Shown here one piece after another: positions 25,686 through 39,915 of a DNA stretch of 64,000 nucleotides (positions are counted from its first letter, which is position 1; the number at the start of each line of letters is the position of its first letter). The DNA comes from Narcine bancroftii (Eukaryota): NCBI RefSeq assembly GCF_036971445.1, contig NC_091471.1, positions 234,298,001 through 234,362,000 on the forward strand. Direction: 5' to 3'. The position numbers and the translations under genes are program-made. Under the pieces are notes generated by a model. The model was not told the origin of the DNA and searched no databases. It was given only the letters and a program-made list of their open reading frames with translations.

Positions 25686-26249
25686 TGAGAATACATGCAT
25701 GTTTTCCCTGTTGTATCCCCTTAAGTGTGTTTCTATATAGATTATTTTTGCATTCAGCTGTGTCCAGACCCTTTTCTTAAAACCCATTGAACATCCCCCT
25801 TCCCACATAACTTATACCAATTAGCCTACAAGCCCTGTACATTTTGAAGGTTGTGAGAAATCCACAGACTCAGAGAGTGTATGAACTTCGACAGGCAGCG
25901 CCAAATTCGACTTTGCTGGCACTGTCCCAGCTTTGCGCTCGCTGTACTTCCTTACCCTTCCGATGACATAAGCTTTCACATCAAACATGACAGCTCAGTT
26001 CGGTCTTCGACATTTTCCTTTAAAAATGTACTGAATCCTCCCTACCTCATAACCCTCTATTTTTCTTCCATCCATGTGTCTTTCAGAGTCTCTTCAATGC
26101 CCACAGTGCTCCAGCCTCCACCACCATCCCCGGCAAGGCATTCCAGGCCCCCACAACTTTCGGTGTAAAAAAAACTTACTCCTTCCTTCACTTTGTCCTC
26201 TGGTGTTTGCTGATTCTGCCCTGGGAAACAGGCACTGGCTGTCCGCCCT

Positions 26250-26465
26250 GGCTCTCCCTCTCAGAATCTCGCCGTCTCTCCCTCGCTGAATCTGTCCACC
26301 CTGTCTCTCCCTCTCAGAATCTGTCCACCCCATCTCTCCCTCTCAGAATCTGTCCGCCCCGTCTCCGCCTCTCAGAATCTGTCCACCCTGTATACACCTC
26401 TCAGAACCAGTCCGCCCTCTCTGAATCTGTCCGCCCCGTCTCTGTCTCTCAGAATCTGTCCACCC
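26250..26465. repeat. Minisatellite, about 29-bp unit, inside a CR1 fragment
   Basis: ctctcagaatctgtcc(a/g)ccc repeats. Confidence 0.8.
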
Positions 26466-27269
26466 ATAATCATGTAGACCTCTATCAAGTCTCCTCTCAT
26501 TCTTCTAGGGGACAAAAAGCCCACCAGCTTTGCTCACCCTGCCTCATCACTCTCCAGTCCTCTGCACCCTCTCCACATCCTCCCTGTTAATGCCCCAGAA
26601 CTGCACACAATGCTCCCAAGTTTGGGCTATCTGGAGTTAAATACAACTGCAACATTATCTCACAGCTCTTGAACTCAATTCCCTGACTGATGCAGGTTGG
26701 CGTAGTCACTGGTGCAACACCTTTCGAGCGCCAGTGATTGGGATTAGGGTTTGCATCCTATGTTGTCTGTAATGAGTTAGTGTGTTCTCCCCACGACTGT
26801 GTGGGGTTTCCTCCCACCGTTTGAAATGTACTGGTGGTGTGGGTTAATTGGGCGCAAATTGGGGCGGCACAGATCCCAGGACGGGATCGTCCAGCACCAG
26901 AGGACATCTGTACAAAGTGAAGGGAGGTCATGGCCTGTTACTGTACTGCACAACTAAATTTTAAATGCCTGCATTCCATCAGCAAGATCTTCGCCAAAAG
27001 TGGTGATTGCATAGAATGAGATTTTGCCAATGGTGGTAGTGGAGGCTGGTCCAGCAGGGTCCTTTCCCCCCGTTTCTTAACTTCCCAACCAACCAAGAGG
27101 GATCTCCCGCCCATCCAGACTGCTCCCCTTCAACAAGATGGTCTGGCTGCAGATTCCTCCCCAGAACCCCTCTGTTGTAGACCATCCCTCCTTCTAATGT
27201 CTTGAAAAAAAATTCAAAGAGGCTGCATCCCATTCTACAAGGAGAGTTCCCCAGATTCTCTCCTCTCTG

Positions 27270-27980
27270 GAAACTTGGGGTCCAAATCCATCCATCCATC
27301 CCTCAAGGTGGCCGTGTGGGTTGATGGGAGAGTTAAGAAGGCCTGGGGAATGCTGGGCTTCGTTAGTCGGGGTGGGATTGAGTTCAGGAGTGGAGAACTA
27401 CAAATCTCAGGCGAGACCACACTTAGTTCAGTTCAGGTCACCTCATGACAGGAAGGTGGCAGAGGAGAAGGACCAGGACAGCGCCTGGATTGGAGAACGT
27501 GGTTTCTGAGGCCAGGTTGGCAGAGCTGGGACTTTTCTCTTTGGAGCGTAGAAGGGTGAGAGGAGACTTGATGGAGGTCGACAAGATGAAGAGAGGCAGA
27601 GACAAGGTGGACGGCTGGCGCCTGTTTCCGAGGGCGGGATCAGCCAACACCAGAGGCTGTCTGTACAAAGTGAAGGGAGGGAAGTTCAGGGCAAGAGTTT
27701 TTACCCAGAGTTGTGGGGGCCAGGAATATCTTGCTGGGGATGGTGGTGGAGGCTGGAACATTGGGAGCCTTGAAGAGACCCTTAAACGGGTTGGGGGGCC
27801 AGGAATGCCTTGCTGGGGATGGTGGTGGGGGCTGGAACATTGGGGGCCTTGAAGAGACCCTTAGACGGGTTCACGGATGGAAGAAAACTAGAGGGTTTCG
27901 AGTTTTTTTAAGGAATATATGGGCCAGTATACATTGAGGGCCGAAGGCCCTGTACTGTGCTGAATCATTCTATGTTCTAA
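27270..27980 (+). mobile_element. CR1 3' fragment
   Basis: LAELGLFSLERRRVRGDLMEVDK plus the CR1 3' UTR ending ttctatgttcta. Confidence 0.8.
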
Positions 27981-29117
27981 GCAGTTCCTCCTCCAGTCCC
28001 GATTCTCGAGGTGTCTGCTTTGTTCAACTGACACCTACCAGCGGGAACAGCCCCCCCTCATCCATTTTTTCCAGTCAGAGCTCCCTGTTAATTTTCTGAA
28101 TTCCGTCGAGTAGGGTCCTGGCCACCTTAACTTGACCTCACCTTGGAGACTGACACCCCCACCTCATCTCTGGAATTGAGTTCTCCTCCAGTCAACCCTC
28201 CCTCGACTCGGGGGACTAGAACTGCGGCCAGCACTCCAACCCCAGGCAGCACTGCCACTGGTGGGGACCCTGGGGAGCGGAGACAGGGGAGTGCTTGTCC
28301 TGCGATGGCTGGGATCTGAGGGGGTGGGGGAGAGGCGGAGAACACCCCCACTTCAACCTGCACAGGCTGCGGGCAAATGGGACTGGAGGGGGTGCTGAGG
28401 AGGGGGAGGGAAGGAGTTCCTGGATTCCCCCGCCCCTTCACTGCCCAGGCCCGTTGGTTGCCCCATCCACCCATCGTCTGGGTCCACCCATCGTCTGGGT
28501 CCACCAATTGCTTGGATCCCGGTTCTCCGTTCCCCCTCCCCGCCCTAACTCTGGGGCAAGGTCCTTGAGCGGGAATGTTGGCGCGCTGCGACCGAGGGCT
28601 CCGTTCTCCCTCCCCGCCCTACCACTGTGGCAAGGACCCTGAGCGGGAATGTCGGCGCGCTGCGACCGAGGGCTCCGTTTGACTTGCCTCTCCAGTAATG
28701 CGGAGAGGTGAACCGTGCCAGTCATCGACTCGGAGACAAAGATTCATAATAATAATAATAATATTAACAACGTCAGTTGGAATTGTTAGTGTTCAACAAA
28801 TGTGGAAGCTCGTCGGAGTTGTCGAAGTTTGCAAAGTTCCGGAGTTGGACACCAGTCGCCCAGAGGAGGGTGGGGTGAGGAGGGGGGGGGAAAGAGAAGG
28901 GAAGTGAGGGGGGTAGCGAGGGTGGAGAAGATGGGGAGGGGGGTGAAAGGGAGGGGTTCCACAAATCTGCGTCTGCAGGCATGAAGATTCCATGGGGTGA
29001 AAGAAGGGGAGAGGGAGGGAGGGGAAAGGGGGAGAAAGAGGTGGAGAGAGGGAGAGAGTGGGGGATGGAGAGAGAGGTGAAGAGAGGGAGGGAAAGACCC
29101 TACCCCCACCCCTCCCA

Positions 29118-29202
29118 TCACGCTGGCTCCACCTTCTTCACTGAGATGCGTTTCTTGCGAGCAGCCAGCATTTCGTAGAAAGGATCGATACTGACGGCAC
29201 CC
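29118..29202 (-). CDS. CYTH2: Cytohesin-2 (ARNO) last coding exon with the polybasic tail
   Basis: gcag|GGGTGCC...; (K)GAVSIDPFYEMLAARKKRISVKKVEPA*; RKKRISVKK is the CYTH2-type C-terminus. Confidence 0.93.
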
Positions 29203-29313
29203 CTGCTCGGAGAGACGGGAGAGGGGTTAGTCAGGCCCAGGCCATTCGGCCCCACCTGCCCATGCTGACCTACAAACCCTCCCTTTTATACCTCCTTAAC
29301 TCTCCCTCCATTC

Positions 29314-30966
29314 AACTGTATTAAAATGAACATTTTTCCAAGGATATTATACTTATTTCAGGCATTGCCAATACAACTGACAGAAAAATTCTTCAAAGAG
29401 TTAAAGAAAATAATAAGGAAATTTTTATGGAGAGGGGGGAAACCGAGGATAGCACTAGATAAATTAACAGAATGGTATAAACAAGGAGGCTTACAATTGC
29501 CAAACTTCAAAAATTATTATAGAGCCGCACAATTAAGATACCTATCAGATTTTTATCAAATAAGGGAAAAACCAGACTGGACGAGATTAGAATTAGATAA
29601 AATAGGGGAAAAGATACCTGAACACATATTATATAAATGGGACGAAAAATTGGTACAACATAGAACTTCTCCAGTATTACATCATCTCCTCAATATTTGG
29701 AAGAAGATTCATGTAGAAAGAAATAAAACAAATTATCAATTACCAAAACTAATATTGACGCAAAATAAGCTACTCCCTTTTACAATAGATAACCTTTCCT
29801 TTAGAGAATGGGAAAAAAAAGGGATTAAAAGAATAGAAAATTGTTTTTCAGGAAGTAGATTCTTATCCTTTGAACAAATGAGAGATAAGTACAATATAAC
29901 TGGAGATACAGCGCTGGCATATTACCAACTGAGATCCTACTTGAAAGATAAATTAGGAAGCAATTTGAGTTTACCAGAGGGAAGTAACCTTGAATATGTG
30001 ATTACAGATACAATGTTAATCAAAAGATTTATAACAAATATGTATATTAAACTGCAAGAAAAGGAGAATGAGGAAACAAGTGGTAAAACTAAACAAAAAT
30101 GGGAACAAGATTTAAATATAAAGATAAAAAAGGAAACATGGGAGAAATTATGTTCTGGAACGATGAGAAATACAATAAATACGAGGCTGCGTATGATACA
30201 ATATAATTGGTTACACAGACTATACATTACACCGCAAAAGTTAAATAAATGGGACCCAACAGTATCTGATAGATGTTTTTGATGTAAAAAAGAAATGGGA
30301 ACAACAATTCATGCAATCTGGACATGTGAGAGAGTAGAAAAATTTTGGGATGATCTCAATCAGATATTAAATAAAATAACAGAAAACAATATACCAAAGA
30401 ATCCAGAGATCTTTCTCCTAAGTAACATAAAAAACAAAGAATTTGGAATTGATTTGGAGGATGCACAAAAAAGATTTGTTAAGATAGCCCTAGCCGTAGC
30501 AAAAAAATGTATTATGTCAACCTGGAAATTGGAAGATAATTTGAAAATACAACAATGGTATATAGAAATGAATAAATGTATTCCATTAGAAAAAATAACA
30601 TATAGTTTAAGAAATAATATTGAAATATTCGAACAAGTATGGGAGCCTTACATTAAATACAATAGCGAAAACCTACCGGGGACAAACATTACCTAAGTTG
30701 ATGGAAGGAGAAGGAAAGAAAAGAATGGACTCTGTAGAATTTCTGGTGTATTTTTGTTGAATGACAACATTGTCTGACTGGTTTAATGCAACCTAGATTG
30801 TATACCTAAAATGGATGAGGGGTGGGGTGGTGGGGGGGTGGCTTGGGAGGAGGGAGAGGTGGGGGAGAAAAAGTCACTGTATATGTGTGAAAAAGAAAAA
30901 GTGTATATCATGGCTAATGTGATTTATGGTGTGAAAAATTAAAAATAAAAAAAAATAATAAAAAAA
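29314..30966 (+). mobile_element. 5'-truncated young L1 in the last CYTH2 intron, antisense to the gene
   Basis: TSD AACTCTCCCTCCATTC (29298-29313 and 30967-30982); poly(A) tail; ORF2 C-terminus nearly identical to that of 45953-52000. Confidence 0.93.
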
Positions 30967-31029
30967 AACTCTCCCTCCATTCCTCACACTACCTCCCTTC
31001 CTTACTCCCTCTCTCACACTCTATCCAAA

Positions 31030-32960
31030 GAACCAGAGAACATTGCAGCACTGAAACAGGCCCTTCAAGACTGTACCAAGCTATTATTCTGCCGAGTCCC
31101 ACTGAGCTGCACCCAGTCCATACCCCTCCATACCCTTCCCATCCATGTACCTGTCCAAATTCTTACTAAATGTTAAAACCAAGCCTGCATTCACCACCTC
31201 AGCTCATTCCACACTCCCACCACTATCTGAAGATGTTCCCCTAAAACCTTTCTCCTTTCCCCCTTAACCCATGTCCCCTGGTTTGTACCTCACCTACCCT
31301 CAGTGGAAAAAGCCAACCAACTTTTACTCTGTTTGTCCCCCTCATCATTTTAAATATCTCTATCAAATCTCCCCTCATTCTTCTGCACTCCAGGGAGTAA
31401 AGTCCCAACCTGTTTCACCTTTTCCTGTAACTCAGTTCCTGAAGTCCGGGCAACATCCTAGTAAATTCTCTCTGCCTTCTTTCTATCTTATTGATATAGT
31501 TGCTGTAGTTCAGTGACCAAAACTGCACACAATACTCCAAATTTGGCCTCACCAATGTCTTGTACAACTTTATCATAACATCCCAACTCCTGTATTCAAT
31601 ACTTTGATTTATGAAGGCCAATGTGCCAAAATCTCTCTTTACAACCCTGTCCACCTGTGACATTACTTTCAGGGAATTATGTGTCTGTATTCCCAGATCC
31701 CTCTGTTCTACCGCACTCCTCAGTGTCCGACCATTCACCATGTACGTCCTTTCTTGGTTTCCCCTTCCCAATTGCAACATCTCACACTTGTCTGCATTAA
31801 ACTCCATCTGCCATTTTCCAGCCCATTTTCCCATCTGGCCTAGATCCCTCTGCCAGCTTTGAAAACCATCCTCGCTGTCCACAACGCCTCCAATCTTGGT
31901 ACCATCTGCAAATGTGCTGATCCAATTTCACCGAAGCTCGCCCCTTCTCCTCCCTTTCCCCTCTCAGCCACAGGACCAGACAGTGTGGCTCGTAGCTTTT
32001 GTAGGTCAACCCCCTCCCCCCCAACACCCACCATCAGGCCTGTGCCCGGTTCCTGAGTGAATGCTGATGAAAAAAAAACATATTTTCTGGCTCCACTGAC
32101 CACTCTGATCTCCAAGGGGACCAATTTTGTCCCTGACTGTCCTTTTGCTCTTAACACGCCTGTAGAAACAGAAACCCTGCGGAATTTCCTTCACATTCTC
32201 TGCCAAAGCAAGCTCGTGTCTTATTTTTGCCTTTCTGATTTCTTTCTCAAGGTTTCCCTTGCATTTTTTAGCACTCCTCAAGGACTTCATTTTGCTCCAT
32301 GTTGCCCATACCCGCTAGACACCTGCCTTTTTCCCAAGCAGACCCCAAACAGAGATTTTCCCCTCTGATTCTCGCTGACTGTTGGGCAGTCTATCACACA
32401 ACACCCCACCCCGTGAGTGGGGTCAATTCTCCTTGCGTTGGAGATGAACCCGAGAATATTTCCACCACGTTCACCCTATTGACTTCTAACAGCGCGTGCA
32501 ATTTTCACATCATCTTTTCCCTCCTCCACTTCTCCATCTGCTCCGGCCCTCTGGTTCCCTTCCCCCTGTAAATCTAGTTTAAGCCCCCCCAGAGCAGCTC
32601 TGGCAAACTTGCCTGCAAGGATATTAATTCCCCTCCAGTTCGGATACCGTGAATTCGATCTGCGATATCTCAGACCCTGGCACCAGGGAGGCAACACACC
32701 ATACGGGATACTCGATCTCTCCAACAGAGCCTCTTATCTGTTCCCCTATCACTACAACTCACCTCTTCTCCACCACAGGACCAGACTCCATGCCAGAGAC
32801 CCGATCACCAAGGCTTGTCCCTGGTAGATTATTTCCAACAGTATCCAGAATGGTCTACTTCTTATTGAGGGGACACGGCCACAGGGATGCCCTGCACTGT
32901 CTGCCTGGTCCCTTTCCCTCCCCTGACTGTCACCCATCTATCGTCCATCTGCCTCCTCAG
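31030..32960 (-). mobile_element. Fragmented CR1 including an ORF1 esterase remnant and RT
   Basis: tgcctccctggtgccagggtc (CLPGARV-type ORF1 motif) and WQMEFNADKCE...LVRPNLEYCVQFW. Confidence 0.8.
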
Positions 32961-33363
32961 TGTAATAGTGTCTCTGTAACTATCATCCCTCCAAACCCCA
33001 CTTCCTCCATCACATCCTCCATCCCTCACTCCTTCATACACCCTCCAACCCTCACTCCCTCCCTCCCCATTTCTAACTGCCTCCCCGCACTCCTCTGTCC
33101 CTAACACTCTCCCTCACACCATCCTCCCTCATGCTCCCTCCATCCCCCACTCCCTCCCTCACACTATCCCTCACCTCCTTCCCTCCTTCACACCATCCCT
33201 CATGCTTTCCCCATCCCTCCCTCCCTTGTTTTCCCACTCCCTCCCTCACACTCTCCCCTCCTGCTCCCTCCCTCCCACTCACTATTCTTCTCCAAAACTC
33301 CCCTCCCTCCCCCTGTTCCTTCCTCCCCTCCTCCCCACCATCCCTCCTCCCCTGAGGACTCAC

Positions 33364-33518
33364 TTGATGCACTTGATCCACTCGTCCTTCTCCTCGGGGG
33401 TGGGTGCGGAGATGCGGTACACCATGTGGTTCCCTTCCACCACCCTGCCGTCTGCCTCTGTCTTGCACGCCTTGATCAGCTGGCCACGGTTGTTAGGGAT
33501 GTAGAGCTCAAAACAGTT
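33364..33518 (-). CDS. CYTH2: Cytohesin-2 penultimate exon (C-terminal part of the PH domain)
   Basis: cccag|AACTGT...ATCAA|gtgagt; 155 nt; [51 protein letters not shown]; IPNN.GQLIK and NHMVY are CYTH2-like. Confidence 0.95.
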
Positions 33519-34114
33519 CTGGGGTGGGAGAGAGAGGGGGGTCAGGGGGGGGGAGAGTGAGGGAGGAGATCAAGGGGGAGAGTGAGGAGGGAGAATGAAT
33601 GGGTAGAGGGGCGGAGAGAGAGGTGGGGAGAAAGAAGAGTGAGAAAAGAGAGGGATAGCGACAGTGATGAGGTAAAAGAGAGGGGAGATGAAAAGGCAGA
33701 CATCGGTGAGGCCAAATTTGGAGTATCACCAAACTACAGGGAAAATACCAATAAGAGAGAGAGAGTGCAGAGAAGATTTACTAGGATGTTGACAGGACTT
33801 CAGGAACTGAGTTGCAGGGAAAGGTTAAACAGGTTAGGACATTATTCCCTGTAGTGTAGAAGAATGAGGAGAGATTTGACAGAGGATGTCGCCCGGACTC
33901 CAGGAACTGAGTTACAGGGAAAGGTTAAACAGGTTGAGACTTTATTCCCTGGAGTGTAGAAGAATGAGGAGAGATTTGACAGAGGATGTCGCCCGGACTC
34001 CAGGAACTGAGTTACAGGGAAAGGTTAAGCAGATTGGGACTTTATTCCCTGGAGTGTAGAGAATGAGGGGCGATTTGATAGAGGATGTTGCCCGGACTTC
34101 AGGAATTGAGTTAC

Positions 34115-37100
34115 GGGGGGGCGTGGTGAGATGGCATAGAGACTAGACGTGTAATCCCTGTCCTCTCTGGTCAGACTTTTAAGTACTCGTTTTTTAACCC
34201 TTTATTTTTAATTTTAAAATTTTAATTTTTAGTTTGATATTTTGGTGAGCCATTATGGCTGTTAATGTAAAAAAAAACTAAGTCTCAGTTACAAAAGAAA
34301 ATACAGATTTGAAGTGCAGAAGAATTGGGGCCTAAACGACTTGAAACAGCCTCAGATTCGTTTTCAGCAATTCCCAAGCCTCAACAATCGTCGGTGGGGA
34401 CAAAAGTTAAAGTAACAGCTACTCACCAGTCTCAAGATGGCGCTGGTTCGACCCATTTTGTGGAGGAAGGAGTGCACTCCCGAGAACTTGAGCACGAGCC
34501 TGGAGGCTTGTTACAAAGAATAACCCCGTTGGAAGAGATGGGAGCACAGAGGAAGAGGACTGTGACGGTAGACACACAGTCTATAGCAACTGTAGGCTTG
34601 AGTAGTGCTGCTAATTACGGAGGATTCTATAATTTTATTTTTAAAATGATCTGCGGGGGGAGGGCAGCGACCACCCCCTGAGGAAGTCGTGGGGGGGGGG
34701 GGTCATCGTTGGGTGTCCAAACTCGCAGCAAAACGACTAGAATGCTGCCTTTTAAAGTACAACTAGAAGAGGACTTGCCTTACTCAACCACTGCACAGGA
34801 AATGGAAGAAGAGCTAGAAGAAAGTGAATTACAAATTACAGAACCAGATTCTGCATTTCAAACTGCACCTCAGCCTGTTTATACGATGTTTGAAGGTATT
34901 GCTTCTTATTTGGATGTCATTACTGGTCAATTGAACCAGCTGGTTCAAATGAATACTGATATAAGTTCAGACCTAACTATGGTTAAGGCAGAAGCTAAAG
35001 AAAATTGGGAAAACTTTAAAAATTTGAAGCTTCCTTTTCTGAATATAAACAGGTACAATCCAATACAGAAACAATAATAAAGGTGGAAAAATCAGTTAAA
35101 GATTTAGGAGCCCGGGAAAGAGAATTAACAAAAAAAATAGACTATTTGGAAAATCAAAGCAGAAGAAATAATGTGAAAATTGTGGGTTTGCCAGAAGGTA
35201 TAGAAGGTCAAGATCCCGTCAAATTTTTTAAAAATTGGATTCCCCAGATGTTAGGGGAAGAGTCTTTTCCTGATGGATTGGTATTGGAAAGAGCACATAG
35301 AGCTTTAAGAAGAACACCCTGACCTGGTCAATCTCCAAGAGCTGTGATAGTTCATTGTTTGAACTGTTTGGATACAGAGACAATTCTTCGACTTGCAGTT
35401 CAAAATGCAAGACAAAGGCAAGCTCCAATGATGGTTCAGAATAGTAGTTTTCTTCTATCCTGATTTGAGTCAAGATGTCATCAGATGCCGATGTGAATTT
35501 AATCCAGTTAAAGATGTTTTATGGCGTAAAGGTTACAATTTGCTTTTCGTTACCCTGCTGTGTTGAAAGTGTTTTATGGAAACTATCAGCCTCAATTCTT
35601 TGAGAGTGAGCATGAAGCAATGGTTTTTGCTAATTCATTACCAGATGTCAGAGGACAAAGAAGTCGTCCACCATTATCTCCTAAAAGAAAATCTGACAGT
35701 CTTGGAAATGGGAAAAATGGCAGAAGTGGAAAGAATGGAAATGGAAAGAGTTCATCTACTCTTGAAATGAGTTCACCATCTGGACTGGAATCTCAAGGCT
35801 GATTTTTTTTTGGTAATATGATAATATTTTTGATTGGCTGGCTGGGGAGGAGGGGATTGCACTAATTTCTTTGTAGTCATCAGTCACTAGTGGGTAATCC
35901 ACACCTAGTTTTTTTAGGGAGTTACTATCTTTTGGTAGTTTTTTTTGTTGTTTTTCTTTTTTTCTTATTAATGAATATTATTTTTATTTGGAGAGCCTAT
36001 ATATTTTAATTTGGGGGTCCTATTTTTTTTTAATTTCTTTCTTTGTTATTATTAATGTTGTGATTATTTTTGGTATTTAGTAATTGTATTAGATATGTCA
36101 AATTTGAAATTTGCCACTTTTAATGTTCAGGGATTAAACAACCCGATCAAGCATAAGAGAGTTTTGGCATATATCAAAAAGATGAAAATTAATATTGCTT
36201 TTTTACAGGAGACACATTTGAATGAAAAAGTATGAAATTGAAGAGGGACTGGGTTGGACATGTTTTTTTTTTCTTCATTTAACTCTAAAGCTAAGGGAGT
36301 AGCAATTTTGATACATAAAAATCTATCTTTGAATTACAATCAATGGAAATGAATGCAGGACGTATTCTTAAATTGAATTGTAAGATTTTTAATGATTTTG
36401 GACTTTACAACATTTATGCAGCGAATGTAGATGATGAAGCATTTTGGATGCATTTTGCTTCTGGACAAGCTAATGAAAATGTTCTGGTCAGAGGAGATTT
36501 TAATTGTGTTTTGGAACCTTTATTAGATAAATCTCCAAAAAATGTTAAAAAATCCAAAATGGCAATTCAAATTCGAGCTTTGATGAAAGATTTTAATTTA
36601 GTGGACATTTGGCGACGTCTCAACCCAACAGAGAAGGATTTCTCTTTTTATTCATTTAGACATGAATCATTTTCTAAAATTGATTTTTTTTTTAGTATCG
36701 GCACATTTACAGGGGAAAATATTGCAAGCAGAATATAAAAGTTGGGTAATTTCAGATCATTCCTTGTTGTATTTTACTTATGAGAGTTCTGAAAAAGTTC
36801 GTGCACCTTCTTATTGGAGATTTTGTTGTTTATCTTTATAACACCTTTATCGATGTTGTTAAAAAAGCGGAATTTATTGCATTTTTTAAAAAACAAATCA
36901 ATTTCTTTTTGGAAGAAAATGTTAACTCTGTTCAGAGTAAATTTATATTGTAGGATGCTACGAAAGCTTACTTGAGAGGTCAAATAATTAGTTATACCTC
37001 TAAGGTTAAAAAGAATTATTCGACCAAGAGCCTTGAATTAGAGAAACAGACTGATGAATTAGAAAAGAAATTTCAGAGAGATGTGACAGAAAATCAGAAG

Positions 37101-38968
37101 ATAGAGTTGTCTAGATTGAAATTGAAATACAATATATTGCAATCTTATCAATTTGAATGGTTGATTAATAGATCTAAACAACGGTATTATGAATGGGGTG
37201 AGAAAGCGCATAAGGTACTTGCATGGCAGTTAAAGAAAGAACAGGTATCAAGGGTTATTAATGCAGTCAGACGAAATTCGACTGTTACTTACAAACCTCG
37301 TGAGATTAATGATGAGTTTTATTCATTTTATAAGAAATTATATACTTCTGAGGAAAAACAGGAGAGAGGATTGATTGACTCCTTTTTATCGATGTTGAAA
37401 TTACCAGTATTAGAAGAAGATATATTGGAGCTGGAGGCTCCTTTTACTGATTTAGAAATTAAATTGGCTATGTTGGAAATGCTGAATGGAAAATCTCCTG
37501 GTGATGATGGGTTTTTGGTTGAATTTTATAAGGTATTTTATGATGATTTATCTAGTGTTTGGTGATGTGTTACGACAGATTAATGAACATTAGGATTTAC
37601 CTGAATCATGCTCTAGTGCCTTAATTACTGTAATTCCTAAGAAGGATAGAGATCCGTTGAAGGTGTCTTCATATAGACCAATTTCTTTGTTAAATGTAGA
37701 CTATAAAATAATAGCTAAAGTATTAGCAAATCGATTGGCTAAATTTTTACCTAAGTTGATACATGTTTGTCAAACAGGTTTCATAAAGAATAGATATGCT
37801 TCAGATAATATTTTTTGAGTGATTAGTTTGATTAATAAATATCGACAGTGCCCTGACCATCGATGGTGATATCTCTCGATGCAGAAAAGGCTTTTGATAG
37901 AGTTGAGTGGAACTTTTTTTAAAAGTTTTAGAGAAATTTAAGTTTGGTCCTTTTATTGGTTGGATTAAAGCTTTATATAATAAACCAATAGCTAGGGTAT
38001 TGACAAATGGTCAGATCTCGGAACCTTTTAAATTAACTTGTTCAACTCGACAAGGTTGTCCTTTGTCTCCAGCTTTGTTTGCGTTAGTAATTGAACCTTT
38101 AGCACAGCTGATACGACAAAATACACAGATACAAGGTATGAGAGTTTTAGATGAGGAGTATAAAATTAATCTATTTGCTGCAGTGGAATTAAATTTATTA
38201 CAACAATATAATGTGCCTATACTAAAGCATTTAATGAAGTTATGGATGAGGAAAAATAGAACGAAAGGTTCTTGACTTTAATTATTGACTTTAACACCAT
38301 TATATAATAATCAACTTACTCCTTTTTCACTAACCATATAACCATATAACCATTTACGGAGTGGAAAAAGGCCATGTTGGCCTTTCGAGTCCGCACCAGT
38401 TCACTGATTTTGTGCGCCCATGCATAATCAATGTTTATTACATTGGAAATCTAAAGGGATAAAAAATTTGGGGGTTTATTTTAAAGAAGGTAAATTTTTC
38501 TAGACCCGACAATATTTTTGTTGGGTAAGTTGAAGCCTTTGAAAGATTTGGGATTAGATAAATTTCAGATTGCTTTTGTATATTTAGCTTTATCTGTAGC
38601 AAAAAAAATGTATAGCAAGTACATGGAAAAATGCTAATGTGATTGATATTAATAGATGGCATAATGAGATGAAAATTTGTTTGGTAATGGAAAAAATCAC
38701 ATATGTTTTACATGATAATTATTTTTTTTCTTAATAAGAGGTCTTTATATTCAGAATATTTACATTTAAATTTACTTTGATTAGATTTTAGTAAATATAA
38801 TTCAGTTTATATTTTAGTTTTTTTTTTCTCTTTGGCTCTCCTAAAGAGAGCTGGCTGAGAGGGGGAGGTTCTTTTTTTTCTCTTTTCTTTGTTATATATA
38901 TTTTTTTAATTGTTCACAATATGTACTTTTTTTACTGTATGTAATAACCTTGTTGAACGAATAAAAAA
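34115..38968 (+). mobile_element. Older, divergent near-full-length L1 with internal deletions
   Basis: TSD AGGAATTGAGTTAC (34101-34114 and 38969-38982); ORF1 remnant LENQSRRNNVKIVGLPEG...ERAHR; fragmented endonuclease and RT (RQGCPLSP). Confidence 0.9.
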
Positions 38969-39715
38969 AGGAATTGAGTTACAAGGAAAGGTTAAGCAGG
39001 TTGGGACTTTATTCCCTGGAGTGTAGAAGAATGAGGGGAGATTTGATAGAGGATGTTGCCCGGACTTCAGGAACTGAGTTACATGGAAAGGTTAGGGCTT
39101 TATTCCCTGGAGTGCAGAAAAATGAGGGGAGATTTGATTGAGGTATTTAAAATGATGAGGGGGATGGACAGAGTAAATGTAGGTCGGTTTTTTCCATTGA
39201 GGTTGTGAGACGCACAAACCAGAGGACACGGGTGAAGGGAAGAAATGTCTGAAAGGAACATTTGGGAGAATTTCTTTTCACACAGTAAGTTGTGGGAGTG
39301 TTGGATGAGGGGAAAGGGAGTTAGAAGGGGGAGGATAAAGGGATGAGGAGCAAGGGGTGAGGCAAAGAGGGAGGGAAGGGATTAAGGAGGGAGGGGAGGA
39401 GGCAAGGTGTAAGAGGAGGGGGAGGAATTGAGGAGGGAAGGGAGGAGGCGAGGAGCAAATGAGGGAGGGGAGTGATTGAGGAGGGAGGAGAGTGATTGAG
39501 GAGGGTGATTGAGGAGGGAGCAGAGGAGACAAGGAGCAAGGTGAGGGAAAGGTGGTTCAAGAAAGAGTGTTGAGGAGGGAGGGGAGGGGAGGAGGGAGGG
39601 GAAGGGGTGGGGAAGGAGGCGGGAAGGGAGACGGGGGCAAGGAATGGGGAGGGGGCAAGGAGGGGAGGGGTGAGGGGGCAAGGAGGGAAGGGATAGGGAG
39701 AGGAGGGAGGGGAGA

Positions 39716-39915
39716 NNNNNNNNNNNNNNNNNNNNNNNNNNNNNNNNNNNNNNNNNNNNNNNNNNNNNNNNNNNNNNNNNNNNNNNNNNNNNNNNNNNNN
39801 NNNNNNNNNNNNNNNNNNNNNNNNNNNNNNNNNNNNNNNNNNNNNNNNNNNNNNNNNNNNNNNNNNNNNNNNNNNNNNNNNNNNNNNNNNNNNNNNNNNN
39901 NNNNNNNNNNNNNNN
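39716..39915. other. Assembly gap (200 N, probable scaffolding join of unknown size)
   Basis: Run of exactly 200 N; genes on both sides lack their 5' exons. Confidence 0.95.

Noticed and set aside
28520-28680. Two-copy direct repeat (gagcgggaatgt.ggcgcgctgcgaccgagggctccgtt) downstream of the CYTH2 stop
   Set aside because: Simple local duplication in the presumed 3' UTR with no further structure to support a function
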